Assembly (NCBI GenBank): GCA_018061145.1
Contig: JAGOUR010000005.1
Location: 1-59,929 of the forward strand
Length of the DNA: 59,929 bases
Direction of reading: 5' to 3'
Source of the DNA: Minisyncoccota bacterium
GTDB lineage: Bacteria > Patescibacteriota > Minisyncoccia > Phycocordibacterales > UBA9973
This document shows, one piece after another, positions 19,473 through 28,486 of the stretch. Every line of letters starts with the position of its first letter. The first letter of the stretch is position 1. The notes below the pieces were generated by a model. It had not been told where the DNA came from. It did no database searches and saw only the letters and a list, made by a program, of their open reading frames with translations. A program made the translations under genes and the position numbers.

Positions 19473-19949
19473 ATGGAAGAAATTAATAATATAAAACCTA
19501 CACAAGTAATGACCCTCTGTATTCTCCGTAAGGGAGATGATCTTTTGTTGGGTATGAAGAAGATTCTCTTTGGTGTAGGAAAATATAATGGCTACGGTGG
19601 CAAAGTAGAACCAGGGGAGAGTGTGGAGCAGGCACTCGTGCGCGAGATGAAAGAGGAGTCAGGACTTGATCTGCTGAGATACGAGCTCCGTGGTGTGGCT
19701 AAATTTGAGTTTCCCGATTCTATAAGGGAAGTTCATATATATGAAGGCTTGGATTGTACAGGAGTTCTAGTTGAGAGTAACGAGATGATTCCATACTGGT
19801 TCCATATAGATAAAATCCCTTTTGAGAAGATGTGGAAATCTGATAAATATTGGTTCCCATTTTTTCTAAATAGAGAATATTTTGAAGGTGGTGCTATTTT
19901 TGATGAAAATTACAATCTGCTGTCTTGCAAAATAGAAAAAATTGGGTAA
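19473..19949 (+). CDS. Nudix hydrolase, MTH1/8-oxo-dGTPase-like
   Basis: GGKVEPGESVEQALVREMKEESG Nudix box and IPFEKMWKSDKYWFP (MTH1-type C-terminus). Confidence 0.88.
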   Translation: MEEINNIKPTQVMTLCILRKGDDLLLGMKKILFGVGKYNGYGGKVEPGESVEQALVREMKEESGLDLLRYELRGVAKFEFPDSIREVHIYEGLDCTGVLVESNEMIPYWFHIDKIPFEKMWKSDKYWFPFFLNREYFEGGAIFDENYNLLSCKIEKIG

Positions 19950-20093
19950 AAAACTACAAAAAATGAAATTTTTTGTAGTTTTTTAGTTTTTATAAATTTT
20001 TCTGAAAATAACTTCTGTTTTAATGCTCTGTCAGGGATGCAGTTGACGACGGGGTAAGTGTCCGACATAGTGCTTTTTTGCCTGTTTTGGGTA

Positions 20094-20122
20094 TTGGCAT
20101 GGTTTTGGTCGGGCGGTATAAT
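20094..20122 (+). promoter_or_regulatory. Sigma70-type promoter of nrdJ
   Basis: TTGGCA-17 nt-TATAAT. Confidence 0.6.
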
Positions 20123-20172
20123 AATAGTCCAAAGTATCGGAGGATACATTATTATTAATTTTTTATAAAAAT

Positions 20173-22542
20173 ATGCCATCAAAAAAGAAAGTAGTTAAGG
20201 CTGCAAAAAAAGTGAAAGTGGTCGCGAAAAAAGTAGAGGTTGTAGAGAAAGTAGAAGCAACTCCTGTTAAAAAAACAGAAATAAAAATAAAGAATAATTT
20301 TATTAAAAGCGTTCAACGTCGTGATGGATCAACTGTTCCATTTGATATTGAAAAAATTACGAATGCTATTAATAAAGCTATGCTTGCGGCAGGAGAAGGC
20401 TCTATCGAAGAGGCTCATCTAGTGGCTAGTCGTGTATTGATGGACATGATCAAGATCGCAAAGAAGTACAAAAACTTTGTACCTACAGTAGAGGGTATCC
20501 AGGATAGTGTAGAGCAGGAGCTCATGCTCTCCGATTATGTAAAGACTTCAAAGCACTACATCCTATACCGTGAAGAACGTGCTCGTCTCCGATCACACAG
20601 CATGTCTGTTCCTCCGCATGTGAAGCAACTCGCAGATGAAAGTAAAAAATATTTCAGGAATCCACTTTCTGAATTCGTGTATTACCGTACTTATGCAAAA
20701 TGGATCGAAGAGCAGGGTAGACGTGAGACATGGATCGAGACAGTAGATCGCTATATGTCATTCATGAAGGGGAAGCTTGGAGATATGTTATCTGTAGATG
20801 AATATGCAGAAGTGCGCGAAGGAATTCTCAGGCAAGAAGCAATGCCATCAATGCGCCTGCTTCAGTTCGCAGGTCCTGCAGCAGAGAAGACAAATGTATG
20901 TGCATACAACTGTTCATTTATCGCACCGTCAAAACTTCAAGATTTTGGTGAGATAGTCTACATCTCTATGTGTGGTACTGGAGTAGGATTCTCTGTGGAG
21001 AGTCAGAACATTCAATCTCTTCCTCAGATCAAAACTCAGACAGGAAAAAAGCAGTCTACATACGTGGTTCCTGATACAAAAGAGGGTTGGGCAGACGCAC
21101 TCGTATTTGGTATGAAGACATGGTTCAACGGAGAGGATGTTGATTTCGATTTTTCTCTATTGCGTCCTTCTGGTGCACGTCTCAAGATCATGGGAGGCAA
21201 GAGCTCTGGTCCAAAACCATTGATAGACCTACTCGGATTTACTCGTGAGAGAATTCTGCGCCGCCAAGGCCGACATCTTCGCAATATCGATGCGCACGAT
21301 ATCATCTGTAAAATAGGTGAGTGTGTAGTGTCTGGAGGTGTACGTCGTTCTGCACTTATCTCACTATCAGATCTAGATGATCAGGACATGCGTGATGCAA
21401 AGAATGGTCAATTTTGGAACAATGAAGGCCAGAGAATGCTCGCAAATAACTCTGCTGTATACAATACAAAACCTACAGAAACAGAATTCCTAAGAGAGTG
21501 GATTGCACTTATGGAGTCAGGTACAGGAGAGCGTGGAATATTTAATCGTGGATCACTATATACATCACTACCAAAGAGGCGAGTAGAAAAGTCCCGTGAC
21601 TTTATCGGAGAGATGGGTACAAACCCTTGTGGGGAGATTATCCTCCGCTCAAAACAGTTCTGCAATCTTTCAGAAGTTGTAGCCCGTGCAGAAGATACAG
21701 AGAAGACTTTGATGAAGAAGATCCGTATCGCTACAATTCTAGGAACATACCAATCAACACTTACAAAATTCGGGTACCTTTCAAAGGAATGGAAGGAGAA
21801 TTGTGACGAGGAGAGACTCCTAGGGGTTTCAGTTACTGGTCAGTGGGATTCGACTTTGGCGCGTGATGCAAAGATGCTAGAAAAGCTCCGCCTAGAAGCT
21901 ATCCGTATAAACAAGATTTATGCAAAGAAATTTGGTGTTAGTGAATCTACTTGCATCACAGCCGTGAAGCCTTCTGGTACTGTATCTCAGACTGTGGATT
22001 GTGCATCTGGTATGCACCCACGTCATGCTCCGTACTATATCCGTCGTGTTCGTATCTCTGCTACAGACTCACTATTCAAAATGATGAAGGACCAAGGTGT
22101 GCCATATCATGCAGAGGTGGGGCAGAATGCAGAAGATGCAAATACTTTTGTTCTAGAATTCCCAATGAAAGCCCCAGATGGTGCGATATGTAAAGATGAT
22201 ATATCTGCTATTGATCAGCTAGAGCACTGGAAGGTTGTAAAGGTAAACTATACAGAGCACAACCCATCTGTGACTATATCAGTGGGGGAGAATGAATGGA
22301 TCAAAGTAGCACACTGGCTATATCAGAACTGGGACATCGTAGGTGGACTGTCCTTCCTACCACGTTCAAATCATGTGTACCAGCTAGCTCCATATGAGGC
22401 GATAACAAAAGAGACATTTGAACAGCTGGCAAGTCGCATGCCTGACTTTGATTTCTCAAAGATCGTGACTTATGAACTACGCGATGAGACTGAGGTAAAG
22501 AAAGAGTTGGCTTGTGTTGCAGGAGTTTGCGATATTGTGTAA
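20173..22542 (+). CDS. nrdJ: Class II (adenosylcobalamin-dependent) ribonucleotide reductase, RTPR type, with ATP cone
   Basis: ATP cone (VQRRDGSTVPFD..IQDSVE), RRETW, YNCSF, GGVRRSALI, GTNPCGEI, KPSGTVSQ, C-terminal ACVAGVC. Confidence 0.92.
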   Translation: MPSKKKVVKAAKKVKVVAKKVEVVEKVEATPVKKTEIKIKNNFIKSVQRRDGSTVPFDIEKITNAINKAMLAAGEGSIEEAHLVASRVLMDMIKIAKKYKNFVPTVEGIQDSVEQELMLSDYVKTSKHYILYREERARLRSHSMSVPPHVKQLADESKKYFRNPLSEFVYYRTYAKWIEEQGRRETWIETVDRYMSFMKGKLGDMLSVDEYAEVREGILRQEAMPSMRLLQFAGPAAEKTNVCAYNCSFIAPSKLQDFGEIVYISMCGTGVGFSVESQNIQSLPQIKTQTGKKQSTYVVPDTKEGWADALVFGMKTWFNGEDVDFDFSLLRPSGARLKIMGGKSSGPKPLIDLLGFTRERILRRQGRHLRNIDAHDIICKIGECVVSGGVRRSALISLSDLDDQDMRDAKNGQFWNNEGQRMLANNSAVYNTKPTETEFLREWIALMESGTGERGIFNRGSLYTSLPKRRVEKSRDFIGEMGTNPCGEIILRSKQFCNLSEVVARAEDTEKTLMKKIRIATILGTYQSTLTKFGYLSKEWKENCDEERLLGVSVTGQWDSTLARDAKMLEKLRLEAIRINKIYAKKFGVSESTCITAVKPSGTVSQTVDCASGMHPRHAPYYIRRVRISATDSLFKMMKDQGVPYHAEVGQNAEDANTFVLEFPMKAPDGAICKDDISAIDQLEHWKVVKVNYTEHNPSVTISVGENEWIKVAHWLYQNWDIVGGLSFLPRSNHVYQLAPYEAITKETFEQLASRMPDFDFSKIVTYELRDETEVKKELACVAGVCDIV

Positions 22543-22558
22543 GATAAAAAAACTTATG

Positions 22559-22680
22559 ATCCCGTTAGAAGTCATGCATGTTATTCTAGCTACGGATTTT
22601 ATTTGAAGAAATTAGTTATATTCGAGTTTATTAGTTAAATTATGTACGATACTCTAAAGAGTATCTACTTCTAACGGGAT
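22559..22680. mobile_element. Short inverted-repeat (MITE/REP-like) element
   Basis: Perfect 14-bp IR ATCCCGTTAGAAGT (22559-22572) / ACTTCTAACGGGAT (22667-22680), with an inner GATACTCT-AA-AGAGTATC hairpin. Confidence 0.6.
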
Positions 22681-23200
22681 GAAAAAAAATCCGATAAAAT
22701 ATACTACTTTGTTTATAGTGGGGCTAGTTGTTAGACTGTTGCCATTTAGAGCTCCAAATCTGGAGCCTCTGATGGCTATGGTTATGCCGTTGTCTCGTAC
22801 ATACGGTAGATTGTATTCATTCCTCTTTGGGTTTTTGTCTGTGGCTGTGTACGACATGTTTACAGTAGGATTTGGTGTATGGACACTATTTGCAGGTATT
22901 GCCTATGGATTAGTTGGTCTTGCTGCCTCTTTCTATTTCCAGAATCGTACAGGATGGAAGAACTATGCTAAATTCGCATTCTTCGCGACGATAGTATTTG
23001 ATGTCGTTACAGGTCTATCTATGGGTCCACTATTCTTTGGGCAGTCATTCATGGCGGCAATAGTAGGTCAGATACCATTCACGGCCATTCATTTGCTTTC
23101 AAATGTATCCTTTGCTATAGTTCTATCACCAATGATTGAAAGATGGGTAGAAAAGGAAAGTACCGTAGTCGCCATCATTCCCGAGGTTGTCAGAGTGTAA
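22679..23200 (+). CDS. ECF-type S-component, probable cobalamin substrate (CbrT-like)
   Basis: ~6 TM helices, RLLPFRAPNLEP..G..D..GFGVWT..YG pattern, located between nrdJ and a B12 riboswitch. Confidence 0.7.
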   Translation: MKKNPIKYTTLFIVGLVVRLLPFRAPNLEPLMAMVMPLSRTYGRLYSFLFGFLSVAVYDMFTVGFGVWTLFAGIAYGLVGLAASFYFQNRTGWKNYAKFAFFATIVFDVVTGLSMGPLFFGQSFMAAIVGQIPFTAIHLLSNVSFAIVLSPMIERWVEKESTVVAIIPEVVRV

Positions 23201-23207
23201 TTCATTT

Positions 23208-23307
23208 AAAATTTAAGTTTATATGTTTGGAAGTGAGGTCATATTCCTCCACTGTGCCGCAACGGTAAAGCTCGCAAGAGACAAGTCCGATCTTAATATA
23301 TAAATTG
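23208..23307 (+). ncRNA. Cobalamin riboswitch aptamer
   Basis: GGAA-GTGAGG-TCATATT-CCTC-CAC-TGTGCCGCAACGGT-AA...AAGTCCGA matches the B12-box core. Closing stem AAGTTTATAT/ATATAAATT. Confidence 0.8.
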
Positions 23308-23345
23308 TTCACCCGAGCAGGAAATCTCTTTGTAAAAAAGGATAT

Positions 23346-23373
23346 AAAAACTTCTGCCCGTGCAGGAGTTTTT
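23346..23373 (+). terminator. Riboswitch expression-platform terminator
   Basis: AAAAACTTCTGC-CCGT-GCAGGAGTTTTT, ending 25 nt before the downstream ATG. Confidence 0.7.
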
Positions 23374-23398
23374 ATTATTTAATATGCATTAAATTATT

Positions 23399-23920
23399 AT
23401 GAAAAATAAATATATTAAAATATTTTTGTTCGCTGTCCTGGCTGTGCTGTTTATTGCTTTCTTTTATCAATATTCTAAAAAAGTTATCAATTCTGAATCA
23501 GTAGTGAATACTACACCTAAAATAGAGGCCCCAAAGCTAGTACCGAGAAAAACTGAAAGTTCCAAAAAAGTTACTTCTAAAATTTCAGAAGTAAAAGAAA
23601 TAATTCCAGAAGTAGATACGAATAAGATAAGTATTAAAATAATAGTCGAAGACAAGGTATACGAATCGAGGGCATCAGAAGGGATGAGTATATACCAATC
23701 AATGGTAGATCTATCTACTCAGAATAAAAATTTTACTTTTACGTCAAAAGACTATAGTGGTATGGGTATGTTCGTAGATAGTATTAATGGTGTACAAGGT
23801 AATGAGGGTAAATATTGGGTGTATTATTTAAATGACAAAAAAGCATCTGTGGGTATATCCAAGAATTTTTTGAAAGAGGGTGATACTGTGCGATGGGAGA
23901 GAGAAGGTTTTATTAATTAA
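23399..23920 (+). CDS. Membrane-anchored DUF4430 / transcobalamin beta-domain-like protein
   Basis: N-terminal TM, YSGMGMFVDSINGVQ..KYWVYYLNDKKASVGISKNFLKEGDTVRW pattern. Confidence 0.8.
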   Translation: MKNKYIKIFLFAVLAVLFIAFFYQYSKKVINSESVVNTTPKIEAPKLVPRKTESSKKVTSKISEVKEIIPEVDTNKISIKIIVEDKVYESRASEGMSIYQSMVDLSTQNKNFTFTSKDYSGMGMFVDSINGVQGNEGKYWVYYLNDKKASVGISKNFLKEGDTVRWEREGFIN

Positions 23921-23972
23921 AGGATATGAATCCTGTTGTAATCTGTGATCGCAATTAAATATAAATAATAAT

Positions 23973-26018
23973 ATGAAAAAAAATATATTTTCTATCTTAA
24001 TAATACTCGGTTTTATTTTCTCAGGATTTTTTGTATATGCAGAAGATTCTAATCCGACAGATCAAAATACTGGAAATCCGCAAGTAGAAGAGACTCAGAA
24101 TCCAACATCAGCCCCACTAGAAGAGCAGTCTCCGGTACAAGAAATTCCTACAGAAGAACAGCCTCCGGTAGAGCAAAATCAAGCTGAAGAACCTGCACCA
24201 ATTTTGTATGAAAATATATTTATTCGTAATGGTGCGGATGTTGTGTATAGTGGGGATATTGCTCTACCTCCAGAAGGGAATATAGATATACTAGATAATG
24301 TGGGAGTATCCCACTCTGTGAATTCTCGTAGTGTGCTCGGTGTGCTATACACTCTCGATCAAACAGAAGATTCTTTCTCACTTTCTAGTCTGCAGTACTA
24401 TGATTCTTTTTCTTCTTTTTATTTGAAATGTTTAAATACAAATTCATCCGGAGAAGCGTGTGATAATTGGCAGTATGTAGTAGGAGGTGCTAGTCCTTGG
24501 ACAAGTATCGATGCAACTATTCTCTCAGGAGGAGAAAATATTGGTTTGTATTTTGGTAGTCCATACAAGGTAGACTTAGATACTAATACAATCACAACTA
24601 CTGGGTTCATAACTGCACAGGCAAAATCTTATAATTACACAGACGATACATGGGTGGTGCGTACAGGTGTGCATATCGGCATAACCCAGACAAATCCGCA
24701 TGACCCATGGAGCCCAACCGTAATATCAACTACGTCTGTAGATGATATTGGTAGAGCGGATCTTTCTTTCTCAATTCCCGGTACCTACAATATAGGAGTA
24801 TCAGAGGATTATTATTTCCCATCTTATTCTGTTTCTGTCGCGGAGTCTGTATCTTCCGGGGGTTCAAATAGTGCTCCTGTTGTAGTAGCTTTTTCAAAAG
24901 AAAATGCAGTAGCTTTTTTAAATGCCAATAAAAAATCAGATGGGTCTCTGGGTGCATCATTGTATACGGACTGGGGGGCTGTCGCTATCGGATCTACTGG
25001 TGACTCAGCTCTGATTGAAAGCATCGCTGTATATCTAACATCAAATAATTTTACATCAAGCACTGTGACTGACAATGAGCGCCATGCGATGGCCCTGATG
25101 TCCCTCGGCATAAATCCATACAGTGGGACAAGCGTAGATTATATCTCAAAAATTGTAGGAAAATTTGATGGAGTCCAGATAGGGGATGTGAACCTGGATA
25201 ATGATGATATCTTTGGTCTAATTGTTTTGAAAAAAGCTGGGTATTCATATAAAGATGAGATAGTCGCCAATACTATTGATTTTATAAAAACTAAACAATA
25301 CCCAAATGGGTCTTGGGATAATAGTGCCGATATGACATCTGCTGCGATAATGGCACTGTCTCCTTTTAAAAATAAAAATGGAGTCTCAGATTATATAGAC
25401 AAAGCTTATATTTATCTAACCAGCAATCAATCTTCTGATGGGCGTATAGGTGACAATGTATCTTCTACAAGCTGGGCTATACAGGCACTATCACTCGGAT
25501 CTGAATTTTCATCTGCTTTGTCCAATGCTAGAAATTATGTATCATCACAGCAGAAAAGTGATGGCGGTGTGGGTGATATAGGTAGTGACGTAGATTCACG
25601 TGTCTGGGCTACATCTTATGCACTAACAGCAGAATCACTCAAATCATGGATAGACATACTGTCTGACTTTGAGAAGCCTGCAGTCACAGAAATAGTAAAA
25701 ACTTCAGGTGAAGATAATGTGGAAATTATTCCTGCTGTTATCATTCCTATTGTTCAAGAAAAAATTGTACCGATTACTCCAGTCATCCAAGAAACTAAAA
25801 AAGAAATAAAAAAAGAAGAAGTAAAAAAACAAAATAAAGAAGTAAAAAAGATAACACCTGTCGTTAGGAATGATATTGTGGATAGTCCTGTGCCATCAAA
25901 AAATAACCTAGTAGCAAGTGCGAGTTCTGCGCCGTTTGTATCTAAAATACCCGCAATCACAAGGGTTGTGTGGCATAATATTACAACATTTTTTGGTTTA
26001 ATTTTTAATTTCTTTTAA
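23973..26018 (+). CDS. Secreted protein with DUF4430-like domain and prenyltransferase/squalene-cyclase (alpha/alpha barrel) repeats
   Basis: Signal peptide, Q/E/P linker, NWQYVVGG..GENIGLYF, repeats FL..NKKSDGS, FI..KQYPNGSW, YL..NQSSDG, YV..QQKSDGG, K/E-rich tail. Confidence 0.72.
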   Translation: MKKNIFSILIILGFIFSGFFVYAEDSNPTDQNTGNPQVEETQNPTSAPLEEQSPVQEIPTEEQPPVEQNQAEEPAPILYENIFIRNGADVVYSGDIALPPEGNIDILDNVGVSHSVNSRSVLGVLYTLDQTEDSFSLSSLQYYDSFSSFYLKCLNTNSSGEACDNWQYVVGGASPWTSIDATILSGGENIGLYFGSPYKVDLDTNTITTTGFITAQAKSYNYTDDTWVVRTGVHIGITQTNPHDPWSPTVISTTSVDDIGRADLSFSIPGTYNIGVSEDYYFPSYSVSVAESVSSGGSNSAPVVVAFSKENAVAFLNANKKSDGSLGASLYTDWGAVAIGSTGDSALIESIAVYLTSNNFTSSTVTDNERHAMALMSLGINPYSGTSVDYISKIVGKFDGVQIGDVNLDNDDIFGLIVLKKAGYSYKDEIVANTIDFIKTKQYPNGSWDNSADMTSAAIMALSPFKNKNGVSDYIDKAYIYLTSNQSSDGRIGDNVSSTSWAIQALSLGSEFSSALSNARNYVSSQQKSDGGVGDIGSDVDSRVWATSYALTAESLKSWIDILSDFEKPAVTEIVKTSGEDNVEIIPAVIIPIVQEKIVPITPVIQETKKEIKKEEVKKQNKEVKKITPVVRNDIVDSPVPSKNNLVASASSAPFVSKIPAITRVVWHNITTFFGLIFNFF

Positions 26019-26044
26019 ATCTATCATTTTGGTATAATTAACTT

Positions 26045-26632
26045 ATGTTTAAAACAAAACAAAATATATTCATCGTGTCTGTTGTCGCTATTATTATATT
26101 GATTATGGGTGTTGGTTTTATTGTTGAAAAGACTGCAAAACCTGGAAAGTATGATGCTTTTGCACAAGCTCTCAAATCTGAGGGTGCAGTATTCTACGGT
26201 GCATTCTGGTGTCCGCATTGTCAGGCTACAAAAGCTCTTTTTGGTAGTTCTAAAAAGTATGTACCGTATGTAGAATGTTCTACTCCTGATTCACGGGGTC
26301 AGACAAATGAGTGCAAGGCTAATAAAGTAGAGAGTTACCCGTCTTGGACATTCAAGAATGGTATAACATTGAAATCTTCCGACCCAAAGCCTCTTGCTTG
26401 TGCTCCTAGTCCTACTGGGGCAAAGATTGAGGGGGAGCCTGCTGTCTGTGCAAATATACATTCAGAGTACGCAAAAGTTTGGGTATTTTCAAATTATAAA
26501 TTCTCAATAAAGTCAGAAAAAGATCCAGTTCAAAATGGTGATGTTTGGAATTTTGATAGCAGTGCTATGGCTGTAGGTGAGATACCACTTGAATTTTTGG
26601 CCGAACAGATAAAGTTTACTCTACCTCAATAA
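26045..26632 (+). CDS. Membrane-anchored thioredoxin/DsbA-like oxidoreductase
   Basis: YGAFWCPHC active site, YVECS, cis-Pro loop SYPSW. Confidence 0.85.
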   Translation: MFKTKQNIFIVSVVAIIILIMGVGFIVEKTAKPGKYDAFAQALKSEGAVFYGAFWCPHCQATKALFGSSKKYVPYVECSTPDSRGQTNECKANKVESYPSWTFKNGITLKSSDPKPLACAPSPTGAKIEGEPAVCANIHSEYAKVWVFSNYKFSIKSEKDPVQNGDVWNFDSSAMAVGEIPLEFLAEQIKFTLPQ

Positions 26633-26633
26633 T

Positions 26634-27179
26634 ATGCCTACTTACGTACCTACATTGAATTATATATTGTCTCTAGGGACGATTTTCATACAGCTTTTTT
26701 GCTTTACTATTTTTGGAGCACTTTTGTTTTTTAGAAAAAAAGATAATGTGTTTTTGAAATTTTTGCACGACTACACATTTATAATTGGATTCCTAACTGC
26801 ATTTGGTGCTATGGCAATTAGTTTATTCTATTCAAATGTGATTGGATTTCCAGCCTGTGAATTGTGTTGGATGCAGAGAATATTTATCTATCCACAAGTT
26901 ATTCTTTTTGGTATGGAGCTCTGGAAGAGGGAGAAGGTGATAGTGGACTACGCACTAGTTCTCGCATTTATAGGCAGTATAATATCACTATTCCATATAT
27001 ATGTAGAACATGGAGGAGCGTCAAATCTCGCTTGTGCTACGGGTAGTGCTACCGAGGTGTCATGCGCAGTACGATATGTATATGAATTCTCTTATGTATC
27101 TATCCCTGTTATGGCGCTGTCTATGGGGGTATTCTTGATGTTGATACTTTGGAATTATAAATACATCTCAAGAGCATAA
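26634..27179 (+). CDS. DsbB/BdbC-family disulfide bond formation protein
   Basis: PACELCWMQRIFIYP, second Cys pair (LAC..VSC), 4-5 TM helices. Confidence 0.88.
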   Translation: MPTYVPTLNYILSLGTIFIQLFCFTIFGALLFFRKKDNVFLKFLHDYTFIIGFLTAFGAMAISLFYSNVIGFPACELCWMQRIFIYPQVILFGMELWKREKVIVDYALVLAFIGSIISLFHIYVEHGGASNLACATGSATEVSCAVRYVYEFSYVSIPVMALSMGVFLMLILWNYKYISRA

Positions 27180-27210
27180 AAAAACTCACCCATCCGGGTG
27201 AGTTTTTTTT
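27179..27210. terminator. Intrinsic terminator
   Basis: AAAAAACTCACCC-ATCC-GGGTGAGTTTTTTTT. Confidence 0.8.
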
Positions 27211-27243
27211 GCGTAGTGTTTAATTTTGTGATACAGTAGAACA

Positions 27244-28470
27244 ATGTTTAAAAATAAAATTTTGATCACAATTTTCCTTACTGTATTTATTGACTTGCTC
27301 GGGGTGGGCATACTGATCCCGGTTATTCCTCAGTTATTTGCTAATCCATTCTCATCGGAATACATGCTTCCATTTGGCACGTCTCTTAATCAGGGATATA
27401 TGTTACTAGGGCTATTGATTGCTGTGTATCCAATCGGTCAATTCCTAGCTACTCCTATACTCGGACAGTTGTCTGATAAATACGGCAGAAGGAAAATTCT
27501 CAGTATTGCACTTTTGGGGACGGCCCTGTCTTATGTATTGTTCGCTATTGCAATCATCACAAAAAATATCCCACTATTATTTGCTTCAAGATTTTTTGAC
27601 GGTATCACCGGTGGAAATATATCTATAGCACAGGCTATGATAGGGGATGTATCAAGTCCAGAGAATCGTGCAAAAAACTTTGGTATGCTTGGTGCGGCAT
27701 TTGGCCTTGGATTTATCTTCGGGCCATACATAGGAGGCAAGCTTTCTGATCCATCAATCGTGTCTTGGTTTAGTGCCGCTGTACCATTTTACTTTGCCGC
27801 ATTTTTGGCATTTATAAATATGCTGTCTGTACTGTTCCTAGTTCCTGAGACCAATAAAAATCTACGCAGAGAAGAACTGACTTGGGGTAAATCAATATCA
27901 AATATAAAGCGCGCAATGCAGATGAAGGGGATGAGTGTGCTGTTTGCTACAAACTTTTTATTCTTTGGAGGATTTACATTTTTCACTACTTTCTTTGGGG
28001 TATTTTTAATTAATAAATTTTCTTTTACTCAGGGAAATATCGGAGATTTTTTTGCATACGTAGGCCTATGGAGTGTATTTACTCAGGCAGTACTCACTCG
28101 GGCTTTTTCAAAAAGATTTAGTGAATATCAGATACTTAGTTATTCGATGATGGGTGCAGGTGTTATGATTCTCGCATATTTCTTGCCACAGTATTCTTGG
28201 CAATTATTATTGATCCCTCCATTCTTTTCTATATGTACAGGATTGACTATGGCCAATGTAAATAGTCTACTCTCAAAATCTGCACCAGCCGATCAAAGAG
28301 GGGAAATCATGGGAATCAGTTCTTCTGTGCAGGCCCTAGCCCAAGCTATCCCTGCAGTACTCTCAGGATTCATCGCTGCAGCGCTGGCCTCTACTACACC
28401 ACTACTAATAGCTGCGATAACTATAGTCATATCGGGCTTAGTATTTCGATTCTTGTATAAAAGAGTCTAA
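27244..28470 (+). CDS. MFS drug:H+ antiporter, TetA/DHA1-like
   Basis: FIDLLGVGILIPVIP, GQLSDKYGRR motif A, RFFDGITGGN, GAAFGLGFIFGPYIGG, 12 TM helices. Confidence 0.9.
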   Translation: MFKNKILITIFLTVFIDLLGVGILIPVIPQLFANPFSSEYMLPFGTSLNQGYMLLGLLIAVYPIGQFLATPILGQLSDKYGRRKILSIALLGTALSYVLFAIAIITKNIPLLFASRFFDGITGGNISIAQAMIGDVSSPENRAKNFGMLGAAFGLGFIFGPYIGGKLSDPSIVSWFSAAVPFYFAAFLAFINMLSVLFLVPETNKNLRREELTWGKSISNIKRAMQMKGMSVLFATNFLFFGGFTFFTTFFGVFLINKFSFTQGNIGDFFAYVGLWSVFTQAVLTRAFSKRFSEYQILSYSMMGAGVMILAYFLPQYSWQLLLIPPFFSICTGLTMANVNSLLSKSAPADQRGEIMGISSSVQALAQAIPAVLSGFIAAALASTTPLLIAAITIVISGLVFRFLYKRV

Positions 28471-28486
28471 AATGTATAATTAAAGT

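Noticed and set aside
20173-22542. Intein or intron in nrdJ (also checked recA, fusA and the helicase)
   Set aside because: The conserved motifs are contiguous, the lengths are normal, and no intein boundary motifs are seen.
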